From sequence record NC_042013.1: DNA of 64,000 nucleotides; one strand, 5' to 3'. Below the pieces are notes generated by a model, which ran no database searches, was not told where the DNA came from, and was given only the letters and a program-made list of their open reading frames with translations. Within the stretch, counting starts at the first letter, position 1; each line of letters begins with the position of its first letter. Both the position numbers and the translations under genes were made by a program. Below are positions 46,419-54,521 of the stretch, one piece after another.

Positions 46419-47218
46419 AAACTATCCCAATCTATTTCTTCAATCGATTCATACCTAATAAACATAACTTTTCCTGAAATCCATACCTCAGAATCATGGT
46501 CGTCTGGATGCTTGCTTAAAGAGAACTTATTTTTAACAGGGTCGAAAATCTGCGCTAATCCTTTTTGAACGTCGCCAGCTTCTTTGAAATATTTATATAA
46601 CGCAAATTCATCTTGAAACGTTTGTAGGTCGTCTGACGTTGATGGAAAAGAGTCGTAATCATAATTCGTTTTCTTAATGGCTTGCGACAGTATTGCCATT
46701 GAATTAAAAAATGAATCTGCGCTCGCCGCCATTATTTCTTTCTTTTTAAGAATATAATAAAGTCGACCTAAAATTTGGTTGAAATAGTGTAGGCTACCGT
46801 TGGAAATGATTTGTTCAAGAGTTTCATCAAATGCATACCAGAAGTCGTCAGACGGGGCGACACCGAAGTCTTGATTTTCTAATGGAATTACTACATACAC
46901 TGTGCCATACGAGCCAGCCGTTGATTCGTGTGTAGTGCATATAAAGCTTTCTGACCTAAGGGGAAATTTTTCCCATTGTCTTCTAAGAATACGGTCAACT
47001 ATATATGTATAATAATTAGTAGTATTTTTTGATTTGCGTGACATCTTCGTGCCATCACCAAAAATGATAGTTCCTGTATCTTTCATACCTCTATAAACGT
47101 ATGATTCGGACATCGTTATATACTCTTTTACAATCCTACGATATTTTTCAGGTATTTCATTAACGATAGAATATCCCTTTTCGGTATCGCCAGCTTCGTT
47201 TAATTGGTGCCATCTCAT
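46415..47218 (-). CDS. Array gene 7: ART-like, type A
   Basis: MRWHQLNE; VYRG, FICTTH, SEVW. Confidence 0.72.
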   Translation of the reverse strand: MRWHQLNEAGDTEKGYSIVNEIPEKYRRIVKEYITMSESYVYRGMKDTGTIIFGDGTKMSRKSKNTTNYYTYIVDRILRRQWEKFPLRSESFICTTHESTAGSYGTVYVVIPLENQDFGVAPSDDFWYAFDETLEQIISNGSLHYFNQILGRLYYILKKKEIMAASADSFFNSMAILSQAIKKTNYDYDSFPSTSDDLQTFQDEFALYKYFKEAGDVQKGLAQIFDPVKNKFSLSKHPDDHDSEVWISGKVMFIRYESIEEIDWDSL

Positions 47219-47976
47219 TTGAATTTTTCTTTCATCTGTTCGAATATATCAGGTTCTATTGCTAAGTATGAAGTCCCGGCTATCATAATTTCGGAACCAC
47301 TTTCAATAGCATCTTCGAGATCATTATTTGAATAATAATTTTTAAAATTATCTATTAATACATTTTGGTCTATTTCCAATTTCTGAAAAACTTCATCAAT
47401 ATCATCTGCACGAAACCATAAACGAAGATTATTGCCTGTTTCTTTAAAAATAACGTCTTTCATATAATTAAATGAAAACTTTTTTGGAACTTTGTAGTCC
47501 CCAAGCTCAGACGGTGACAAGTCAAGATCATCAATTGTTAGAACGTCCTTATCGGCATTTTTAAATGCAATACCACCATTGAGGTATATCGTTGGTAACA
47601 CATTAAGCAAATCACTATATGATGATGACCAAGTATATTCAAAATTTCCTATAGGAAAAATTACCATAGTGTATCCGTATTGGTCCGCTACGCTTTTACG
47701 TCCGGTAACAAACATACTGTTTGATCTACGAGCGACGAACCCTGCTTTTTTTAGAGTGTCATCATATAGATCATGAAAGTACCTTTTCATATCTGTTGGT
47801 TCACGATCTGTTCTAATATTTTTGATAATTATGTCTTCACTATCAGATATCCCTCTATATAATGGACTATTCATCCAATCGGGGTTTTCTCGTAAATATT
47901 CAGAACAATTTTTCTTAATAAAAGAAACAAGATTTCTTTTAGTAACATTAGCCTCTGTTAATTGATCCCAACGCAT
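47215..47976 (-). CDS. Array gene 8: ART-like, type B
   Basis: MRWDQLTE; LYRG, MFVTG, SEIMI. Confidence 0.72.
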   Translation of the reverse strand: MRWDQLTEANVTKRNLVSFIKKNCSEYLRENPDWMNSPLYRGISDSEDIIIKNIRTDREPTDMKRYFHDLYDDTLKKAGFVARRSNSMFVTGRKSVADQYGYTMVIFPIGNFEYTWSSSYSDLLNVLPTIYLNGGIAFKNADKDVLTIDDLDLSPSELGDYKVPKKFSFNYMKDVIFKETGNNLRLWFRADDIDEVFQKLEIDQNVLIDNFKNYYSNNDLEDAIESGSEIMIAGTSYLAIEPDIFEQMKEKFK

Positions 47977-48752
47977 TAGATCGCCTTTCCATATTTTACA
48001 AATTCTCTAAACAAACGAAGTGATATTGCTAGATATTCTTTACCGGTTATCATTATTTCGTTTTTAGATTCCATTGCTGCATTGAAGTCAGTATCTTGAT
48101 ATGATTTGGCAAGGTCTAACATTTGTTCAGAGCCTTGTAACATATTTTGTTTATGAAAAAATGTTCTTAAATCTTCATTCCAAGCACGATCACCTATAAT
48201 CTTAATTAGTTCGTTTGATGACATGACATCTGGCATTTCTATTCCTTGTTTTTTGAATTCGGAATTAATATAACCTGCTAATGATGAACTCATCTCTCTA
48301 ACGTAAATATTTTTTTCATCGGAAGGAACAATATAAAGCATATCCTTGATGTCGACGGTCAAATCATCAAATTTAGGATTCCACGTAAAATCAAAATGAC
48401 CGATAGGAAAAATAACGAATTCTTTTCCAAATTCAACTGCTGATCCTTGTGAACTTGTACAAAAAATAGAATTTCCGCGTAATGCCTTAAATCCATTTGC
48501 AGAAAGGTAATCATCTATTTGAGTTTGAATTAAATTGGAAGAATCACGTGGTTTTCTATCTTGGCGAATTTGACGTATCTGTATGTCTTTCAATCCAGCA
48601 ATCTTTATTCCACGGTAAAGAGGTCTCTTTACCCAATTAGGATTTTGTTGAACATATTCTTTACAATGAGTGTTGACGTATTCGGTTAATTGTTCTAAGG
48701 TTGTTATATCTTGAACATCCGTAACGGCTTCTGTAAGTTGATGCCATTTCAT
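47976..48752 (-). CDS. Array gene 9: ART-like, type B
   Basis: MKWHQLTE; LYRG, IFCTS, NEIMI. Confidence 0.72.
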   Translation of the reverse strand: MKWHQLTEAVTDVQDITTLEQLTEYVNTHCKEYVQQNPNWVKRPLYRGIKIAGLKDIQIRQIRQDRKPRDSSNLIQTQIDDYLSANGFKALRGNSIFCTSSQGSAVEFGKEFVIFPIGHFDFTWNPKFDDLTVDIKDMLYIVPSDEKNIYVREMSSSLAGYINSEFKKQGIEMPDVMSSNELIKIIGDRAWNEDLRTFFHKQNMLQGSEQMLDLAKSYQDTDFNAAMESKNEIMITGKEYLAISLRLFREFVKYGKAI

Positions 48753-49507
48753 GATAAATCCTCCAACATATCCATATATACGTGATGCTTCAATGCCAAA
48801 TATTTATCGCCTGTAATCATAATTTCGGTGTTGTTCCATATTGCATCGTCAATTTTATCGGTTCTATATAATTCTTTAAAACCGTCAGCGAGATGGTCAA
48901 TATCGATTTCAAGCTTATCCACTAAGCTTTCTTCATTAGAATCTATTAGATCATAAATTTTATACCAATCGATCTTAAAATTTTCATTCAGTTCTTTAAA
49001 AGAAATTTCGGTAATATCGGGAGGAAGATTATCATTTGTTAACTTTTTCGCCTCTACCCTTGTAAGAATAGTATTAACGTTTTTAAAACGAAAAAGGCCA
49101 CGACGAGCAAGGCGTCCGAATGCTGTGTATAAATCTCTATATTCCGTAGTATAAGAATATTTAAAATCGCCTATTGGAAAAACAACATATACATCACCGT
49201 ATCCAATTGCTGCATTTTTATTACCAGTGCAAAAAATACTATTAGAACGGATAGCCGTAAGACCAGCACGTTTCATAGCTTCATCATATACTTTATGTAT
49301 ATATTGATTAGAACTTAACGGTTTTCTGTCTTGGCGAATAGTTTGTATTGAAACTTCACCGCGTGAAGACATTCCTCTATAAAGAGGATAGCTCATAAAA
49401 TCAGGATGTTCTTTGATATATGGCTGGCAATTTTGTTGAATGAATGCCATGATATCATCTGAATCTTTTAATAGAATCTCGTTTTCAATTAGCTGGTGCC
49501 ATCTCAT
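48749..49507 (-). CDS. Array gene 10: ART-like, type B
   Basis: MRWHQLIE; LYRG, IFCTG, TEIMI. Confidence 0.72.
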   Translation of the reverse strand: MRWHQLIENEILLKDSDDIMAFIQQNCQPYIKEHPDFMSYPLYRGMSSRGEVSIQTIRQDRKPLSSNQYIHKVYDEAMKRAGLTAIRSNSIFCTGNKNAAIGYGDVYVVFPIGDFKYSYTTEYRDLYTAFGRLARRGLFRFKNVNTILTRVEAKKLTNDNLPPDITEISFKELNENFKIDWYKIYDLIDSNEESLVDKLEIDIDHLADGFKELYRTDKIDDAIWNNTEIMITGDKYLALKHHVYMDMLEDLS

Positions 49508-50592
49508 CGTTTGATTTCCTTTGCTATATTTTGAAAACGTGTATAATTGCTATATTTAATAGCGATATATTCTTTTCCGCTAATCATAATTTCGCATCCC
49601 GATTTGATAGCAGATACTAAATCGGTTGTTTTATATGTATCTAACGTTTTATCTAATTCTGGATTGTATTTTACTTTATGCTTACGTACCATTTCGACAA
49701 ATATTTCTTCTGGTACATCTTCAGAACTACCATACGCCTTTAAAATGTCGTTTGTTGATACTCGATAATTTTCGTGTTTTACGTCCCTTTTAAGTCTAAG
49801 ACTGAGTTGTTTATAATAATCACTACCAATTACTATTATTCTTTCATCATCTTTTATGACAGTAGATGCCCCTGCAATATTGGTTGTCATATCCAAAATC
49901 TTTGGGTTCCAAGTAAAATCAAATTCACCAATTGGAAATATTACATAGGTATTTCCATATGTATATGGTACATCCGAATCACCTGAACAGAATATAGAAT
50001 TGTCACGATTAGCCTTTATACCGCGATTGCTTAGCTCTTTAACGATTTTGTTATGGGTTTCTAAATCAGTATCTAATGGCTTTCGGTCGGTTCGTATAGC
50101 CGAAACAATGATAGGTTCGGACGAGGAAATACCTCTATACAACGGATTGTTGTTGAAATCTGGATTCATACGCAGATATGGTTGACATTTTTTTCTAATA
50201 AATTCTGCAACATTATTATCATTTAATTCAGCTGTTTCTGTAATAGACCCTTTAGGTAAACGATACATGCCATAAGAGATTGAGAAATCTTTGTCTTTGC
50301 CCTTATTGACAACGAACCCAAAACGTTTATAGAAATCAATTAACCTTGAAACAGAGGTTGTTCCTTGAATTTTTTCAGGAGTTAACAATACGATTTTGTT
50401 ATTTTGATCTGCATAAGCACAGATATATTTCATAAGAATAGAGCCGGTCCCCTCGCCGGGGGTTATGGCTTTAAGCATATGGATAATTATTTTGTCGTTA
50501 CGTTCCGTTACAGAAATAGACAAGCCAAGGTCGCGAGCTTTTGCTTCAATATATGTTTCCTCGGCTGTTTCTAACAATTGAAATAATCTCAT
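49504..50592 (-). CDS. Array gene 11: GNAT acetyltransferase + ART-like type B
   Basis: MRLFQLLE; GEGTGSILMKYI and LIDFYKRFGF (GNAT); ITET linker; LYRG, IFCSG, CEIMI. Confidence 0.75.
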   Translation of the reverse strand: MRLFQLLETAEETYIEAKARDLGLSISVTERNDKIIIHMLKAITPGEGTGSILMKYICAYADQNNKIVLLTPEKIQGTTSVSRLIDFYKRFGFVVNKGKDKDFSISYGMYRLPKGSITETAELNDNNVAEFIRKKCQPYLRMNPDFNNNPLYRGISSSEPIIVSAIRTDRKPLDTDLETHNKIVKELSNRGIKANRDNSIFCSGDSDVPYTYGNTYVIFPIGEFDFTWNPKILDMTTNIAGASTVIKDDERIIVIGSDYYKQLSLRLKRDVKHENYRVSTNDILKAYGSSEDVPEEIFVEMVRKHKVKYNPELDKTLDTYKTTDLVSAIKSGCEIMISGKEYIAIKYSNYTRFQNIAKEIKR

Positions 50593-51377
50593 TTCTTTTT
50601 CCTCGGGTCTTCTTTGAGGATGTCTGTTAGCGCATGCTTCATCGCTGTTTTTACATCATAACCATTCTTTTTTATAAGTTCTTTCGTTTTTTTCAAAAGT
50701 GCCGCTTTATCGGCATTTTTAGATTCTGGATTTAATACCAGCGCGTCCTCATAAGAACGATCTTTTGCAATTTTTTCAAGATGTACAAGGATATCCGCAT
50801 TTGGCGTACGCATTCGTAATGCTTGTAATAGACGAGTTACGACCAAACGTTTTTCACGTTCATCCATATCAGCCCAAGAGGAAATGATGCGACGGCAGGA
50901 TTTTAGATTACCATTGGAAATTTTAAGCTGCTTCTCGAGATTCATTAAGAACCCTCCTTCGCCAGCTTTATTACGTTTACCATATGATATTTCGCGTAAG
51001 CGATTTTTGATAGCATTCATATTGAGATGCATATTTTTCAAGAATAATTTGCTTGCTGTCTGGTCTTTAAGAAATTCCGTATCAAAACCAGATAGAATGT
51101 GGAGATACACATATAGGTCGGTTGAAGCCGTATTGAAACGTTTAAACCCGCCATACTTCATCGTATGAGCAGCGTGACCGACTCCCGCAGCCTCATATCC
51201 AAATTCGTCTAACATGATAAAGAGAACGAGGATGTGGATAAATGCCAATTCGGAAATATCTTTGGCAGTATACTTTCTGATTTGGCCAGTTTGACGAATA
51301 ACATTGCTTTCATTCAACTGACCAAGTTCTTGCAGAAAATTATTGCATGGCTCGTTGGACTTTGATTCTGATGTCAT
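50589..51377 (-). CDS. Hypothetical, probable virion protein
   Basis: ATG 51377 with GAGG RBS; FLQELGQLNES N-terminal segment. Confidence 0.7.
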   Translation of the reverse strand: MTSESKSNEPCNNFLQELGQLNESNVIRQTGQIRKYTAKDISELAFIHILVLFIMLDEFGYEAAGVGHAAHTMKYGGFKRFNTASTDLYVYLHILSGFDTEFLKDQTASKLFLKNMHLNMNAIKNRLREISYGKRNKAGEGGFLMNLEKQLKISNGNLKSCRRIISSWADMDEREKRLVVTRLLQALRMRTPNADILVHLEKIAKDRSYEDALVLNPESKNADKAALLKKTKELIKKNGYDVKTAMKHALTDILKEDPRKKK

Positions 51378-52173
51378 CAGGGATTTCCTCTTTAACATTA
51401 GTAATTCGATCCCAATACAACTTTGCAATTTCAGGGAGACGATCTTTCTGATATTTATTGAGAGCGGCCCATAATGAATCAAAATTATAAAATGCACTTT
51501 CGGTAGCTTCTGGAATAAGCCAGTTCATAACCCACTTCGGGTCATTGTTCATTTTCATCGGAAAATGAACAGGTTCGTATAATTGGCTATATGCCTCTTC
51601 AGTAATAACATCCATACGCTTTTTACGACCTTGGCCGTTTCGTTTCCATTCACGATGTTTGCAAATCCATTCAACACCGGTATCACTATTGAATACGGGA
51701 CCAGCACGAGCTATCAATTCCCCATCCTCAAATACTAATGAGTCTACACGATCTGCCACCATCGCACGAATAAGATTGGTTCTGAACAGACCTTTATGTT
51801 TTCCACCGTCGCTAAAATAGCCAAATACTTGCCATGCATAATTTCCAAACATCAAATCGCATTGAACAAATCCACGCGTTTCATCGCCGCGAATTGGGAG
51901 TTTAGTAAAAATTCTATGATTACCTGCTTGTACCCAAATATTATCCTCAGGCAAGGCTGCTTGTAGACGACTGGCAATCTCATCAAGATCAAATTTTCTT
52001 TCGTCCATATTAACATCAATGTCACCGGACGTTGGTTTCTTTCCACCTGATCCTAATAATGATGTTCGTAGATAATAATTATCAACATCAATTATCTTAC
52101 CCAAATAATTTAATGTTGGATAAATATCTTCACGATTGATACGCTGTGTACCATCAAATGCTCTACCGCCCAT
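51340..52173 (-). CDS. Pol-beta-superfamily nucleotidyltransferase
   Basis: LLGSGGKKPTSGDIDV (hGS..DxD) and third Asp in FVQCDLM; start MGGRAF at 52173. Confidence 0.72.
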   Translation of the reverse strand: MGGRAFDGTQRINREDIYPTLNYLGKIIDVDNYYLRTSLLGSGGKKPTSGDIDVNMDERKFDLDEIASRLQAALPEDNIWVQAGNHRIFTKLPIRGDETRGFVQCDLMFGNYAWQVFGYFSDGGKHKGLFRTNLIRAMVADRVDSLVFEDGELIARAGPVFNSDTGVEWICKHREWKRNGQGRKKRMDVITEEAYSQLYEPVHFPMKMNNDPKWVMNWLIPEATESAFYNFDSLWAALNKYQKDRLPEIAKLYWDRITNVKEEIPDDIRIKVQRAMQ

Positions 52174-53185
52174 CGACAATGTCCCTTCGAATTTCAGCAA
52201 ACAAGCTTAAAATTCTATTATTGTTGCAATCTTCTTTATACGGATAATACGTATAATTTTTAAATTTAGCTTTCACCTTAAATCGGCATTGAATATATTT
52301 TTTTAATAAATGATCAAGCCGTTCAACAGTCAATGGATTTGTTCTTTTCCTAAGCAGAATGTTCTTTACCAAACGATTTGCTTTATTCATTTTTTTAAAG
52401 CGATTATCGAAAATCTTTGTTTTGAACGTAGTTTCAAAAACCACCCCTTCAATAACTCGATCTTTGAAAACGCTTTCTATGAATGCTTGACCTACAGTAT
52501 TTACGTGTTTTTTGTATTTTTCGTATTCCATAGACCGAGCCTCTTTGATCGCCTCTTTCCAATCATCACTGGTTGCGAAATCTGGACGTTTGTTTATTTT
52601 TGCCCAAAGGATATTTTTTCTTGGAATTTTTACAGAACCAAATAGCACAGGTTCTTCTAAGAATGTCTTTAAAGAATCAAACAACTCAAATGTTGGGAAA
52701 TCAATCGGTTTATTAACGTCGATCTTCCAATTGATGACGTTGTTACCAGTAAACAATGTTTTTCCGTCGAGAGACAAAATTACGGGCAATTCTGTCCGTA
52801 ATTCCATATTAGGAATATGGAAACCTGTAGTGTTAGATGTGACGATTAGTTTAGGGAAATCTTTATACACAACGGTATTTGGTTGTGAACAATCGATTAT
52901 TTCAAAGCAAATTTCGGTTCCATTTGGAATGTTGCCGTCAATTTCGATTGTATCGAGTAGTTGTTCTAATGCCGAGTGAGCGTGTCTGAATGTATTAGTC
53001 CAAGATTTTATAGACCAATCTTTTAGATGGTAATAGGTAGCCGAATCTTTTCGTTGAACGAATCGGATACCTTTTTTGTCACGACCAATCTTTATAAAGC
53101 TACCGTCAAGCTTTTCCAGCAAGGTAACGGTATTCATAAATAAGTCGTTTGTCTGCTGTTGAGTTAGATCATAAATGTGTTTCAT
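52163..53185 (-). CDS. ATP-dependent ligase-like (RNA ligase-type adenylation domain) protein
   Basis: Motif I EKLDGS, motif III ICFEII, motif IV EGVVF. Confidence 0.62.
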   Translation of the reverse strand: MKHIYDLTQQQTNDLFMNTVTLLEKLDGSFIKIGRDKKGIRFVQRKDSATYYHLKDWSIKSWTNTFRHAHSALEQLLDTIEIDGNIPNGTEICFEIIDCSQPNTVVYKDFPKLIVTSNTTGFHIPNMELRTELPVILSLDGKTLFTGNNVINWKIDVNKPIDFPTFELFDSLKTFLEEPVLFGSVKIPRKNILWAKINKRPDFATSDDWKEAIKEARSMEYEKYKKHVNTVGQAFIESVFKDRVIEGVVFETTFKTKIFDNRFKKMNKANRLVKNILLRKRTNPLTVERLDHLLKKYIQCRFKVKAKFKNYTYYPYKEDCNNNRILSLFAEIRRDIVDGR

Positions 53186-53192
53186 ATGGTAT

Positions 53193-53221
53193 GTTATACA
53201 CTATACGAAACACGGTTTCAA
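53193..53221 (-). promoter_or_regulatory. sigma70-like promoter upstream of the ligase-like gene
   Basis: TTGAAA-N17-TATAAC. Confidence 0.55.
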
Positions 53222-53223
53222 AT

Positions 53224-53943
53224 TTATTTTTTGTCCATTGATTTGAACATCGCAAACCCAAGCTTCGCAAGTTGCTTCGTTAATTCTTTAGCGTCTGGAC
53301 GTTTTTCAATATCAGCAAACGATTTTTCATTAGCTGCAATATCAACCAAATCCTCGAAATATTCACCTGACAAACCAGATTGCTTCAATATGTTTTGATA
53401 GGATTTTTGATCAAAACTCACAACCGAGTCGTCACGTTTTGTATCCTTGCCGGTAAATGATTTTCCCTGTGCCGCTTTGACCAATCTATCAAGTTCGTCG
53501 CTTACGTCCACGCCTGTTGCTCCAGAACGCTTGCCTTTACTAGATTTCGACACTACGTCGCCTGATGACGGTTTATCTTTGTATTGACCAACTAAATCAT
53601 TTTCAAGTGCAAATGCCGCACCATTTTCAAAAATCTTGTCGAGTGCGTCCTGCTGAACAATTGTCATATCTTGACGATCAAATGGAATATTTGCATCAGC
53701 CAAAAAGTGTTTAACGTTTGTTGCAGAAAAATTAACTTTCTTAATAAGAAAATCAATTAATGCCCCCGTATTTGGCATGCGGTTTGCTTTTGCTAAAAAT
53801 GTTTTAAAATCGTCGCCTAGTGCTTTTTTTACAGTAAGAAGTTGTTTCTTTCCCTTACCGGTAGCACTCCCTAGAGATGATGCAATGGTTGCATCCCAAC
53901 GTTTGACTTTATCTTTAAAACCCTCTTCGTCAAGCTGTCTCAT
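53224..53943 (-). CDS. Hypothetical, probable internal head protein
   Basis: N-terminus MRQLDEE; 239 aa; K/D-rich. Confidence 0.72.
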   Translation of the reverse strand: MRQLDEEGFKDKVKRWDATIASSLGSATGKGKKQLLTVKKALGDDFKTFLAKANRMPNTGALIDFLIKKVNFSATNVKHFLADANIPFDRQDMTIVQQDALDKIFENGAAFALENDLVGQYKDKPSSGDVVSKSSKGKRSGATGVDVSDELDRLVKAAQGKSFTGKDTKRDDSVVSFDQKSYQNILKQSGLSGEYFEDLVDIAANEKSFADIEKRPDAKELTKQLAKLGFAMFKSMDKK

Positions 53944-54191
53944 TTCGATTTCTTCCTATTCTTAATAAGTTCATTCATTTTTCGAGTGAACTTAGCATTA
54001 TCGCGATTTTTTACGGAAAGAAGAAGACGATTGCACAATTCTTTAGCTGTTTCTTCGTCTAGTTGTTCCTCTATCAAATCCATTACATAATTACAATTAG
54101 CAATCGCATTCTCAGCGCGTTGAAGAATGTAATTATAATCGTGTGGTTGAGCGATTTTCATCAACTCGTCAAACAATCTCTTATTCTGCAT
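53940..54191 (-). CDS. Hypothetical protein
   Basis: Coupled overlaps with both neighbours. Confidence 0.7.
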   Translation of the reverse strand: MQNKRLFDELMKIAQPHDYNYILQRAENAIANCNYVMDLIEEQLDEETAKELCNRLLLSVKNRDNAKFTRKMNELIKNRKKSK

Positions 54192-54489
54192 TCGACAACT
54201 CCGTTAGTCGTTTAGTATATTCAGCGATTAATTGACTAACACGTTCGTGAGTCCACATTGATGCGGCCTCAAAGCCATCAATATAAGAGCCATTCATATC
54301 ATCAGCCATTCTATTATTTAAAAGCTTGAATGAAAGATCGTCTAAATCGCTTAAAAGACCTTTCAATTCAATTTTGTAATCATTTTCAATAGTTTCGTAT
54401 ACAACGGTTTCTTCAACTTCCGGCGCATTACCTTCTGTTATATAGGATAAGGCGCGAATATATTCACGCAAATCTCCGGTATATGACAT
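54181..54489 (-). CDS. Hypothetical protein
   Basis: GGAG RBS; ATAAATA at 54519-54525. Confidence 0.72.
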   Translation of the reverse strand: MSYTGDLREYIRALSYITEGNAPEVEETVVYETIENDYKIELKGLLSDLDDLSFKLLNNRMADDMNGSYIDGFEAASMWTHERVSQLIAEYTKRLTELSNAE

Positions 54490-54521
54490 ATTAAAACTCC
54501 GAAATTTTGTTATATAGTTAT

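Noticed and set aside
39484-50592. Array as a diversity-generating retroelement or as homing endonucleases
   Set aside because: No reverse transcriptase or template/variable repeat pair, no HNH/GIY-YIG/LAGLIDADG motifs, and divergence is spread across all bases.
43317-51497. ORF-track N-terminal extensions (starts 43337, 45741, 51497; also 52200, 32584, 26364)
   Set aside because: Extensions overlap upstream genes; internal ATGs have RBSs and restore the shared leader or coupling.
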